From an uncultured Acidimicrobiales bacterium (GTDB lineage: Bacteria; Actinomycetota; Acidimicrobiia; Acidimicrobiales; SHLQ01): a stretch of DNA of 34,263 nt. Under the pieces are notes generated by a model, which was not told where the DNA came from, made no database searches, and worked only from the letters and a program-made list of their open reading frames with translations. Both the position numbers and the translations under genes were made by a program. The stretch spans positions 1 through 34,263 of the forward strand of contig CAZMYN010000004.1 of assembly GCA_964570495.1 (NCBI GenBank), in the 5' to 3' direction. Positions 14,943 through 23,884 of this stretch are shown here, one piece after another (positions within the stretch are counted from its first letter, which is position 1; each line of letters begins with the position of its first letter).

Positions 14943-17147
14943 CTAGCGGCGGCAGCTGACCGCGGTCTCTCCGGGTTCGGGTACTTCACGGCAATAGTCG
15001 ACGGCGTTGCCGCCGAAGAGCTCGTCGATGCCCTTGCCTCCGACGATTCGATCGGTACCAGCGCCGCCGAAGACGAGGTCGTCGCCGAGGCCGCCCTTGA
15101 CGTAGTCGCGGCCGGTAAATCCTCGGACCTCGTCGTTGCCGGCGTTTCCTTCAATGTCGTCATGACCGTGGCCGCCGAGGATCACATCGGCTCCCTCTCG
15201 GCCTCGCGCAATGTCCGCACCAGGTCCCGCTGAGATCTCGTCGTTTCCGAGTCCACCGTCGATCGTGTCGTCGCCGAAACCGCCACAGATGAGATCGTCG
15301 CCGCCCAGCCCGCGAATGGTGTCGTTTCCACGTAGACCGACAATCACGTCAGGGCCGTCGGTTCCGTCGAGCACGTCGTCGCCGGTCGTGCCAACGAGCG
15401 TGGCTGGAACGCCGTTGCATTCGGGAAGGAACGTCCGTGCTCCAAAGAAGCCAGGGGAGGGCATCTGTAGCGAACCGTAGCCATATTCGGGGTCAGGTCC
15501 GGGTGCGCCCAAGTCAACAGTGATGTCGGGGATGATCGACGCCGTGTCGGTCGCGCTTTCGATAATGAGAGCGCCGCGCAGAACGCCTAGAGCCCCGGTG
15601 ATCACCGGAGCGCTCGCGCTTGTTCCCGAGAAGCAGAAACTGAAGAAGTCCGGAATCGGCAAGCACGACGGTGCAGCGATGTCGATGCCGTTTCGGCCGT
15701 CGAAGGTGGGTCCGTGCGAGGAATAGTTGGCCAGCGTCAGGTCGAGAGCCGTCTCGGTCGCGCCGACCGTCACCGAACCGGGGCTTGCCGAATCGGCACC
15801 TGGCCCTGTTGCAGAACCCTCATTGGACCATTCGTCCATTGGGGTTTGGTTGCCAAGGATCTGGATGACGTCGGCCCCGTCTGGCTCGACGTCGTCGAAG
15901 AGTCGGATGGAAAGGTAGTCCCGATCGCTCGGCCCTGAGCACCTCGTCCCAATGTGTTCGAGTGGGCGGTGAGCTGGTTCATTCTGGGTGTTCTCGCCGC
16001 GAGCTTCGGGGAACCGGTCGGTCAACTCGTCGTAGATGAAGATGTCGTAGTCGGTGGCGATCGAGGTGTCATCCCAGTCGTCCCAGCGCATTCCGAGGAT
16101 GAACCCGCAGGCGAATCCCATTCGCTCGGATCCGTCGGCCCAGTTGTGGAAGCCGTTGCCGTCAGGGTCGTTGAACGATCCCACCCAGTTCTGGCCGTTG
16201 CGGCCCGGTGATCCCGCGGCGTTGCCCGCGGCGGCGACCCAAATCATGTCGAGCTCTACCGCTCGATCGACCAGCGCCGCGGTTGGGCCCGTGCCGTCAC
16301 CAGGACCGTCGAACTCGGAAGTCTCCGAACGGTTGATAATCGTGACGCCTTGCTCGGCGAACCATTCGATCGCGGCCGAGAGGTCGCTCAAGGTCGCCAC
16401 CGTTGCGAAGTAGAGCTCTGCGTCGGGGGCCATTCGATGGATGATTTCGGCTACAGAAACGCCGTGAGGTCCACCGTTGCGGAAGGTAATTGAGCACGAG
16501 CTACCGCTGGTCTGACAGAACGTCCCCGAGGGAGCGGGAAGCCGGCCCTCGGCGATTGCGAACTCGAGTTGCTCGGTTCCGAAGATGTCGAGGATTCCTA
16601 TCTTCTGGCCTGCCCCGGTGTGGCCAACGCTATGCCAAGGCGCCATCTGAAGCGACCCTTCCACCGTCGAAAGCAGTGCCGTGTTCGTGGTCAGTGCACG
16701 GGGTGCCGCGCTGCTGGCCAAAGTCACGCTGGACACCCGGGTCACGCTGTCTGAATCGTTGAGCTCCTGGAGCTTCTCCGCGGGAATCCGCGCCTCGACA
16801 AAGAAGCCGGGGACCATGCCATACACAACGCCGCCGACCACATCGATCGCAGAGCGGACGTCGTCGAGGTTCGTTCCGTGGACTTCTACGTTGATGCTCG
16901 TGCCCGGTGGGACTGTGCGAGGGTCGGTCGCAATGGCTTCGACATCGGCATCGCTAATGGTGATTTCGCTGACCTGGCTCACAACTTCGGGCGCGTCGAA
17001 CTGGAGCGACGGAGTTGGCGCATCGGCCGTGGTTGCGGACGCGGTCGATGGTTGCAGCAGAACAGCGACCAATCCGACTGCGGTAAGTGTCGCAATCGCT
17101 CGCAAGTGTCTGCCGTGAAGATTGCCGCGAATCGCCGTAAGCATCAT
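14943..17147 (-). CDS. Secreted subtilisin-like (S8) serine protease with C-terminal RTX-type calcium-binding repeats
   Basis: The signal peptide is LRAIATLTAVGLVAVLLQPSTASA. The S8 catalytic triad contexts are GQKIGILD (Asp), GGPHGVSVAEII (His) and FSGTSASAPVITGA (Ser). The C-terminal GGxGxD nonapeptides are listed as a separate feature. Confidence 0.85.
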   Translation of the reverse strand: MMLTAIRGNLHGRHLRAIATLTAVGLVAVLLQPSTASATTADAPTPSLQFDAPEVVSQVSEITISDADVEAIATDPRTVPPGTSINVEVHGTNLDDVRSAIDVVGGVVYGMVPGFFVEARIPAEKLQELNDSDSVTRVSSVTLASSAAPRALTTNTALLSTVEGSLQMAPWHSVGHTGAGQKIGILDIFGTEQLEFAIAEGRLPAPSGTFCQTSGSSCSITFRNGGPHGVSVAEIIHRMAPDAELYFATVATLSDLSAAIEWFAEQGVTIINRSETSEFDGPGDGTGPTAALVDRAVELDMIWVAAAGNAAGSPGRNGQNWVGSFNDPDGNGFHNWADGSERMGFACGFILGMRWDDWDDTSIATDYDIFIYDELTDRFPEARGENTQNEPAHRPLEHIGTRCSGPSDRDYLSIRLFDDVEPDGADVIQILGNQTPMDEWSNEGSATGPGADSASPGSVTVGATETALDLTLANYSSHGPTFDGRNGIDIAAPSCLPIPDFFSFCFSGTSASAPVITGALGVLRGALIIESATDTASIIPDITVDLGAPGPDPEYGYGSLQMPSPGFFGARTFLPECNGVPATLVGTTGDDVLDGTDGPDVIVGLRGNDTIRGLGGDDLICGGFGDDTIDGGLGNDEISAGPGADIARGREGADVILGGHGHDDIEGNAGNDEVRGFTGRDYVKGGLGDDLVFGGAGTDRIVGGKGIDELFGGNAVDYCREVPEPGETAVSCRR
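14991..15392 (-). repeat. 15 in-register RTX nonapeptide repeats (coding repeat inside the protease gene)
   Basis: The repeats are GTTGDDVLD, GTDGPDVIV, GLRGNDTIR, GLGGDDLIC, GGFGDDTID, GGLGNDEIS, AGPGADIAR, GREGADVIL, GGHGHDDIE, GNAGNDEVR, GFTGRDYVK, GGLGDDLVF, GGAGTDRIV, GGKGIDELF and GGNAVDYC. Confidence 0.8.
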
Positions 17148-17208
17148 CTGACCTCAGCGTAACCCGCGGAGTGCAAGGAGCCCCATCGGCCTGGTCAGGC
17201 GAATTGGC

Positions 17209-18477
17209 CTAGCGCTTCGCGACAGGCACGTAGTCGCGGCTGGATTCACCGGTGTAGACCTGGCGAGGACGAGCAATCCGGCTTTCCTGCTCGAGCATTT
17301 CCTGCCAGTGAGCAAGCCAACCAACCGTTCGCGGAATCGCAAAGAGTACCGTGAACATCTCGACCGGGAAGCCCATCGATTGGTAGATCAGGCCCGAGTA
17401 GAAGTCGACGTTCGGGTAGAGCTTCCGGTCGATGAAGTACGGGTCGGCCAATGCAACCTCTTCGAGCTTGAGCGCAATGTCGAGCAGTGGGTTCTGGCCG
17501 GTGACCTTGAACACGTCATGGGCAGCGCTCTTGATGATCTGAGCACGCGGGTCGAAGTTCTTGTACACGCGGTGGCCAAAGCCCATCAAGCGTTCTTCGC
17601 CGCCCTTGACCCGTTCGACGTAGGCCGGCACGTTCTCATAGCTGCCGATTTCGGCAAGCATGCGCAGCACGGCCTCGTTGGCGCCGCCATGGCGTGGGCC
17701 ATACAAGGCTGCACACGCCGCAGCGACGGACACGTAGGGGTCGGCGTGCGCCGAGCCCACAACTCGTGCGGTCGTCGTCGAACAGTTCTGTTCGTGGTCG
17801 GCGTGCAAGATGAAGAGGATTTCCATTGCCCGCTTCAGGGCCGGGTCTGGTTCGTAATCGTCCTCAGCAATCGAGAACATCATCGACAAGAAGTTCGACG
17901 CATAGTCGAGGTCGTTGCGTGGGAACACGAACGGCAAGCCACGGTTGAACCGGTACGCCGCAGCAGCAAGCGTTGGCATCTTGGCGATAAGTCGAACGAT
18001 CTGACGCTTGCGGACCTCGGGATCTTCGATCTCTTTGGAGCTCGGATAGAAGGTTGAAAGTCCAGCAACGCTCGAGGTGAGCAAGCCCATTGGGTGGGCG
18101 TCGTAGTGGAAGGCGTCGTGGATGCGACGCCTGAAGTTCTCGTGCAGGTAGGTGTGGAGCGTGATGTCCGCGGTCCAGTCGGCGAGCTCGTCTGCGCTCG
18201 GCAGTTCGCCATTCAACAACAGGTAGGCGCTCTCGAGGTGGGTGGATTGCTCGGCGAGCTGGTCGATTGGGTAGCCCCGGTACTGGAGGACCCCGTTCGC
18301 GCCGTCGAGAAAGGTGATGGCCGATTCGGTGCTCGCGGTCGTACTGAAGGCTGGATCCAGAAACCACGTGCCGGGAAGGAACTTCTTCCAGGCGGTTGCA
18401 TCAATCGCACCGTTGACGAGCGGGACTTCGACGCTCTCTCCGGTGCGGTTGTCGGTAATGGTGATGCTCTCGCTCAC
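17209..18477 (-). CDS. gltA: Citrate synthase (type II)
   Basis: GFGHRVYKNFDPR is the citrate synthase signature. LHADHEQNCSTTT and the overall length also fit. The start was set at the in-frame GTG at 18477, preceded by AGGAG 6 nt upstream; the track start at 18576 adds 33 unsupported residues. Confidence 0.93.
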   Translation of the reverse strand: MSESITITDNRTGESVEVPLVNGAIDATAWKKFLPGTWFLDPAFSTTASTESAITFLDGANGVLQYRGYPIDQLAEQSTHLESAYLLLNGELPSADELADWTADITLHTYLHENFRRRIHDAFHYDAHPMGLLTSSVAGLSTFYPSSKEIEDPEVRKRQIVRLIAKMPTLAAAAYRFNRGLPFVFPRNDLDYASNFLSMMFSIAEDDYEPDPALKRAMEILFILHADHEQNCSTTTARVVGSAHADPYVSVAAACAALYGPRHGGANEAVLRMLAEIGSYENVPAYVERVKGGEERLMGFGHRVYKNFDPRAQIIKSAAHDVFKVTGQNPLLDIALKLEEVALADPYFIDRKLYPNVDFYSGLIYQSMGFPVEMFTVLFAIPRTVGWLAHWQEMLEQESRIARPRQVYTGESSRDYVPVAKR

Positions 18478-18634
18478 AGGGACTCCTGGGTCTTCTTCAC
18501 CGGCTGCTTCGCGACGGTGTGAATTGGAAAGGCTGGATGGCCAAACCGACTCCCCATTGAGTGGTTGCAACCGCACTAACTATATGCGCCAGCGTGCCCC
18601 GCAGGTGCATTAAATCGAAATCAACCAACAGGAG

Positions 18635-19993
18635 TCACAAGGGAGTGTTGTCGTGTCTGCGGCGGGGCAGCTGCTCGCGTTTCGAGGCGAGTAGCTGAAG
18701 CGCCATCGCGACCTCGCTGCGGGTCTGTTCGGGCGTGATCACCGCGTCGACGGTTCCTCGCTCCGCCGCGACGAATGGGTTCAAGAGCCGCTCTTCATAG
18801 GCTGCTTCGAGCTCGGCTCGTTCCTCGTCGGTCGCGCCGCGGTGAAGAATCTCCACCGCACCCTTTGCTCCCATGACCGCAATCTCGGCCGTGGGCCACG
18901 CGAGGGCAAGATCGTTGCCCATGTTCTTCGAGTCCATGACGATGTACGCGCCGCCGTATGACTTGCGCAACGTCACGTTGATCCGGGGCACGGTGGCACG
19001 GGCGTAGGCGAACGCGAGCTGGGCGCCGTAGCGGATCATTCCGCGCCATTCGAGGTCTTTTCCGGGGTAGAAGCCCGAGGTGTCGACGAAGGTCACGAGC
19101 GGCAGATTGAACGCGTCGCAGAAGGCAACGAAACGGGCACCCTTTTGCGAAGAAGGAATGTCGAGGGTTCCGGCGATCGACATTGGCTGGTTCGCGACGA
19201 TCCCCACGGGTAGGCCACCAATGATCGCAACGCCGGTCACAAGGTTGGTCGCAAAGGCGGCTCGGAGTTCGACAAACCAGCCGTCGTCGACAACCTCGCC
19301 AATGACGTCACGAACGTCGTAGGCGCCAGTGGCGGACTCTGGCACGACCGCACCTGCGTCGGGAACGGGGCGCTGAATTGGATCCGAGCTTGGAAGAACG
19401 GGCGGAGGTTCCTCGTTGTTCGGGGGAAGGATGGAGAGCAGTTCGTCGACGAACTCGTGCGCGGCCTCGAGAGTCGGCACGATGGTGGTGGCCAAACCGG
19501 CCTTGCTCGACAGGACCGATGGGCCGCCCAATTCGGTGCGATTGAATTCGACGCCGGTGAATTCGCTCACCATTGTTGGGCCGCTCACAAAGGCGTGGCT
19601 TGCCTCGACCACAATCACGTGATCGAGCAGTCCGAGTAGCAGGGCCGGGCCCGCAACAGCGTCTCCTTCCAAGATGCCAACGAGCGGGACTCGTCCCGAA
19701 CATGCTGTGAGGCCGCTGGCAGCAGCGCCCAGAGCGAACGTGACCGCGAGTTCGTCTTCGGCAGCGGGGCCATTGCCGCGAAACTCGATAACGAGTGGGA
19801 TTCCCTGGTCGTGTGCGTTTGATGCGCCCGACGCAATCAGTTGGGCATCGGTCGTTGTAATCGGCGCGCCATCGTGTGCGGCGAGTCGCACCACGACCCG
19901 TCGTCGTCCGTCGGAACCCCGCTCGATCTTGCGGCTGCTTCGCTCGATCGACTCGTGGGTACCAACGACCTCTTCGGTGGAAAGATCGGTCAC
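18635..19993 (-). CDS. Acyl-CoA carboxylase beta-subunit-like carboxyltransferase
   Basis: The C-terminal carboxyltransferase blocks are IVANQPMSIAGTLDIPSSQKGARFVAFCDAFNLPLVTFVDTSGFYPG and RKSYGGAYIVM. The N-terminal half looks divergent, with GNGPAAED where SGGARIQEG is usual. The GTG start is 1 nt after the LysR stop. Confidence 0.8.
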   Translation of the reverse strand: MTDLSTEEVVGTHESIERSSRKIERGSDGRRRVVVRLAAHDGAPITTTDAQLIASGASNAHDQGIPLVIEFRGNGPAAEDELAVTFALGAAASGLTACSGRVPLVGILEGDAVAGPALLLGLLDHVIVVEASHAFVSGPTMVSEFTGVEFNRTELGGPSVLSSKAGLATTIVPTLEAAHEFVDELLSILPPNNEEPPPVLPSSDPIQRPVPDAGAVVPESATGAYDVRDVIGEVVDDGWFVELRAAFATNLVTGVAIIGGLPVGIVANQPMSIAGTLDIPSSQKGARFVAFCDAFNLPLVTFVDTSGFYPGKDLEWRGMIRYGAQLAFAYARATVPRINVTLRKSYGGAYIVMDSKNMGNDLALAWPTAEIAVMGAKGAVEILHRGATDEERAELEAAYEERLLNPFVAAERGTVDAVITPEQTRSEVAMALQLLASKREQLPRRRHDNTPL

Positions 19994-19994
19994 G

Positions 19995-20918
19995 CTAGGT
20001 TTCCTCGGCGATGGTGACGTGAAGGCCGGGCTGTTGTTCGCCTCGTGCTACGACGACTTCGCCAATCACCTGTTGGACCGCCCTGGCAGGGGCGGGAAGA
20101 GTCGTCCAGCGGCGGTACGCCAGACCAACGCTTCGGGTTGGGATGTCGTCGACATTGACGATGCTCCATGACTCACCCTCGCCAAAGGGCGCTGCGGTTG
20201 CGGGCACGAGGGCGGGCGCGTATCCCTGAAACGCAAGCGAGGCCAGAAGTCGCATACCGTCGAGCTCGGCAGCCGGTGTAAGAACAATGCCCTGCTCGTC
20301 AGCTGCTTCGTCGACCTCGTTTCGAAACAACGTTCCCTCGGGAGGCAAAACGAGCTCGTGCTTCTCGAGTTCCTTGAGCGGGATGCGGTTGCTTTTGGCG
20401 AGTGGATGATCGTTCGGGACGATCAGAATTCGTTCTTCGTCAAAGAGTGGTTCAGAGGCCAGTTCGGGTTCGCTCAACGGCAAGTTGAGAACCGCCATCG
20501 TGAGTTGGCCGCTTTGAAGCTGCGGCAGCAAACCGGTGGTCGTTGCATCGACAACAACCAAATGAACCCCAGGAAACTGCTCTTTGAGAGCGCTCAGCAG
20601 TGCGGGTACGAGCCAGCGCCCCGTTGTTCCGATGATGCCGAAGCGCACGGTGCCGCGAATGTCGTCGCGCAGCGCCGACACGTCGGCGGGAATGGCCTGG
20701 AGTTCAGCCTTGATGCGCAACGCCCGCAACACGACAATCTCGCCCTCGGCGGTGAGTTCACCGGTGCGCCGGTCGACGAGCACAGCGTCGAGCTCACGCT
20801 CGAGGCGCGCGACGTGGGTCGACACGTTCGACTGCACGGTGTGGAGAGCGCGCGCCGCGGCCGAGAAGCTTCGATGTTCTGAAACCGCAACGATTGCGTT
20901 CAGCTGACGTAGGTCCAT
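19995..20918 (-). CDS. LysR-family transcriptional regulator
   Basis: MDLRQLNAIVAVSEHRSFSAAARALHTVQSNVSTHVARLE is the LysR HTH. A LysR substrate-binding domain length follows. Confidence 0.9.
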   Translation of the reverse strand: MDLRQLNAIVAVSEHRSFSAAARALHTVQSNVSTHVARLERELDAVLVDRRTGELTAEGEIVVLRALRIKAELQAIPADVSALRDDIRGTVRFGIIGTTGRWLVPALLSALKEQFPGVHLVVVDATTTGLLPQLQSGQLTMAVLNLPLSEPELASEPLFDEERILIVPNDHPLAKSNRIPLKELEKHELVLPPEGTLFRNEVDEAADEQGIVLTPAAELDGMRLLASLAFQGYAPALVPATAAPFGEGESWSIVNVDDIPTRSVGLAYRRWTTLPAPARAVQQVIGEVVVARGEQQPGLHVTIAEET

Positions 20919-20927
20919 TGGACTGGA

Positions 20928-23210
20928 CTAGCCCGCCGTCTGTTGACGGATCAGGTTCAGCGCCGAACCGGCGTGGAACCATTCGATCTGATCCTGCGAG
21001 AGCGTCTGGTTTGCTTGAAACTCGATGCTCTCGCCATCGGCTTTGTGCAGAACGCAGTCCACTGGCTTGCCCGGCGCCAACTCGCTGAGCCCGGTGATTG
21101 AAATGGTGTCACCCTCGCCGATCGTGTCCCAGAAGTCGGGATCAGCGAACGTCAAGGCCAAGACGCCCTGCTTCTTCAGGTTGGTTTCGTGGATGCGGGC
21201 GAAGGATTTCGCGAACACGGCGTGACAGCCGCGGAACCGTGGCTCCATCGCCGCATGTTCGCGACTTGAGCCCTCGCCAACGTTCTCCTCGCCAATGAAC
21301 ACCCAGTTGATGCCTTGTTCGTGGAGGCTCTTCGCGATGTTTGGGTAGCTCTTCGTCTCGCCGTCGGAGGGGTCGACCGCCAGTTCGCTTTCGCCGGTGT
21401 AGGCGTTGACGACACCGAGGTACAGGTTGCCGGAGATGTTCTCGAGGTGACCGCGGTACTTGAGCCATGGACCAGCCATCGAGATGTGATCGGTGGTGAC
21501 CTTGCCGACGCCCTTGCCCAAGATCGGCAGTTCGAGGTAGTCCTTTCCGTCCCACGCCGGGAACGGAGTCAGGGCCTGGATGCGATCGGAGTCGGGGGAA
21601 ATGGTGACCTCGATATCGGCGCCGTCGTCGGGCGGTGCGATGAACATCGATGTTCCATCCTCAAAGCCCGAAGTGGGGAGCTCGATTGCGGCTTCGACGT
21701 TGAGTGAAACCTCTTCACCAGCGTCGTTGGTAAGCGTGTCGGTCTTCGGGTCGAACCCGAGCGTTCCGGCCAACGCGAGGGCGACGGTGGTCTCCGGAGA
21801 CGTGACGAAGGCGAGCGTTGCGGCATCGCCGTCGTTGCGCTTTGGGAAGTTGCGGTTGTACGAGGTCACGATGCTGTTGGCGGTGCCCTCCTTGCCCTCG
21901 CGGTCATCGCGCTTCCACTGCCCAATGCATGGGCCACACGCATTGGCGAGCACGACTCCACCGATGGCTTCGAGGTCCGAGAGGAAGCCGTCGCGTTCGA
22001 TGGTTCGCATGGTGGCCTCTGAACCGGGAGTGACCATGAATGGCACCTTTGCGCTGAGGCCCTTGGCTGCAGCGTCGCGTGCGATCGATGCGGCGCGGCT
22101 GATGTCCTCGTAAGAGGAGTTCGTGCACGAGCCAATGAGCGCAGCCGAAATCTCTCGTGGCCAGCCGTTGAGGTCGGCATCGGCACCGAGTTGGCTGAGC
22201 GGACGAGCAAGGTCGGGGGTGTGGGGGCCATTGATCAGCGGTTCGAGGGTGTTGAGATCGATCTCGATGACCTGGTCGAAATACTCGGCGGGGTTTGCGT
22301 AGACCTCGTCGTCGGCACGCAAGTGATGGGCAACCTTGCGCGCGGCATCGTCGATTTCTTCACGTCCGGTGGCCTTGAGGTAGCGACTTGTTGCGTCGTC
22401 GTAGGCAAACAGCGAAGTGGTCGCGCCGATCTCGGCACCCATGTTGCAGATCGTTGCCTTGCCCGTTGCGGAGAGGCTTTCGGCTCCGGGCCCGAAGTAC
22501 TCGACGATCGCGCCGGTACCACCCTTGACGGTCAGGATCTCGGCGACCTTCAAGATGACATCCTTGGGAGCAGCCCATCCGCTGAGCTCGCCCGTGAGAT
22601 GTACGCCGATTGCCTTTGGCCAACGGACGTTCCATGGGAAGCCGGTCATCACGTCGACAGCATCCGCGCCGCCGACACCGACAGCGATCATGGCGAGGCC
22701 GCCAGCATTCGGCGTATGGCTATCGGTGCCGAGCATCATGCCGCCCGGGAACGCGTAGTTCTCGAGCACGACCTGGTGGATGATTCCCGAGCCGGGCGCC
22801 CAGAAGCCGCCGCCGTACTTGGCGCTCACATCTTGGAGAAAGTCGTAGACCTCTTTGTTGGTGACGATCGCTGCCGCAAGATCGGTGTCGCTGTCGACGC
22901 GAGCTTGGATGAGGTGATCGCTGTGGGTCGTGGTCGGTACGGCGGTCTTGGTGAGCCCCGCGGTCATGAATTGCAGCCACGCCATCTGTGCGGTTGCGTC
23001 CTGCATAGCAACGCGGTCAGGGCGAAGATCGGTGTAGCTCACCCCGCGCTCCATCCCGCCAGCATCGACATCGTCGAGGTGGTTGATCAGAATCTTCTCG
23101 GTGTACGTCAATGCCCGACCGAGCCGCTCGCGTCCGACAGCGAGGCGCTCATCGAGCGTGCTGTAAACCTCGTTGATCAATTCGATGGGGGTATTGGCGA
23201 AGACGGCCAC
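20928..23210 (-). CDS. acn: Aconitate hydratase, short mitochondrial-type form (760 aa)
   Basis: TYTEKILINHLDD...LRPDRVAMQDATAQMAWLQF...AVPTTTHSDHLIQA closely parallels the N-terminal block of mitochondrial aconitase. The Fe-S cysteine contexts are GSCTNSSYED and NACGPCIGQW. The GTG start has GAGAGG upstream. Confidence 0.92.
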   Translation of the reverse strand: MAVFANTPIELINEVYSTLDERLAVGRERLGRALTYTEKILINHLDDVDAGGMERGVSYTDLRPDRVAMQDATAQMAWLQFMTAGLTKTAVPTTTHSDHLIQARVDSDTDLAAAIVTNKEVYDFLQDVSAKYGGGFWAPGSGIIHQVVLENYAFPGGMMLGTDSHTPNAGGLAMIAVGVGGADAVDVMTGFPWNVRWPKAIGVHLTGELSGWAAPKDVILKVAEILTVKGGTGAIVEYFGPGAESLSATGKATICNMGAEIGATTSLFAYDDATSRYLKATGREEIDDAARKVAHHLRADDEVYANPAEYFDQVIEIDLNTLEPLINGPHTPDLARPLSQLGADADLNGWPREISAALIGSCTNSSYEDISRAASIARDAAAKGLSAKVPFMVTPGSEATMRTIERDGFLSDLEAIGGVVLANACGPCIGQWKRDDREGKEGTANSIVTSYNRNFPKRNDGDAATLAFVTSPETTVALALAGTLGFDPKTDTLTNDAGEEVSLNVEAAIELPTSGFEDGTSMFIAPPDDGADIEVTISPDSDRIQALTPFPAWDGKDYLELPILGKGVGKVTTDHISMAGPWLKYRGHLENISGNLYLGVVNAYTGESELAVDPSDGETKSYPNIAKSLHEQGINWVFIGEENVGEGSSREHAAMEPRFRGCHAVFAKSFARIHETNLKKQGVLALTFADPDFWDTIGEGDTISITGLSELAPGKPVDCVLHKADGESIEFQANQTLSQDQIEWFHAGSALNLIRQQTAG

Positions 23211-23301
23211 AGGGGGAAACCTCTCATGGTGAGCAAACGTTGCAAGCTTAGCCGGTGGGCCGCTTGCTTAAGGGCTGAGTTGGGATGCCGAATGGCACTA
23301 G

Positions 23302-23880
23302 GTGTTTCGCCAAATCACTATCGCTACTTGTGCTGTGTTGAGCCTGGTGTTGAGCGCGTGCGCCTCAGAGACGTTCGCTCGCGATGATGCCGTGACTGCT
23401 CTGCAGACGACCGGGGTCTCCGAAGTGGAGGCTGCATGTATGGCCGACACGCTTGTCGCGTTGGGTCAACTCGACGCCGCCAACCCTCAACAGACTCGTG
23501 GCCCCGAACATCAGGAGGCCTTTCTCACCGCGTCGAACCGTTGTGTTCGCGTCGAGGTGTTGTCGGTCACCGAGGATGGCGCGGTCGTCGGGTCCGTCGG
23601 GCCTGCCGTCGACGCACGTGTGTCGACCGATGATGGCGAAGAGGGTGGGGAAGTCCAACAGGTAGCCGAAAGTGAAGATGGCGAGTTCGACCAGGACGCT
23701 CTCATCGCTGCGGCTGATCAACAGTTGGAATTGTTCGGCCGTTCACCCGAGCGAGCGGCGTGCATTGTCGAGCACCTGGCGAGCGTCGAGGCATGGCACG
23801 TGCTTGCAAATCCGAGCCTCGGGCTTGGACTAGACGCCTTCGAGGCCGACGCGATGGCCGCGTGTGCGACCGTTCGTTAG
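23302..23880 (+). CDS. Putative lipoprotein, acidic, with repeated Cys-containing helical motif
   Basis: The signal and lipobox are IATCAVLSLVLSAC. The repeated motifs are EAACMADTLVALG, RAACIVEHLASVE and ADAMAACATV. I recognise no family. Confidence 0.55.
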   Translation: MFRQITIATCAVLSLVLSACASETFARDDAVTALQTTGVSEVEAACMADTLVALGQLDAANPQQTRGPEHQEAFLTASNRCVRVEVLSVTEDGAVVGSVGPAVDARVSTDDGEEGGEVQQVAESEDGEFDQDALIAAADQQLELFGRSPERAACIVEHLASVEAWHVLANPSLGLGLDAFEADAMAACATVR

Positions 23881-23884
23881 GGAA

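Noticed and set aside
14991-15392. Apparent DNA-level periodic repeat (GCCGCC/GTCGTC-rich 27-nt periodicity)
   Set aside because: The in-frame RTX nonapeptide repeats of the protease fully explain it. It is not an independent DNA repeat element.
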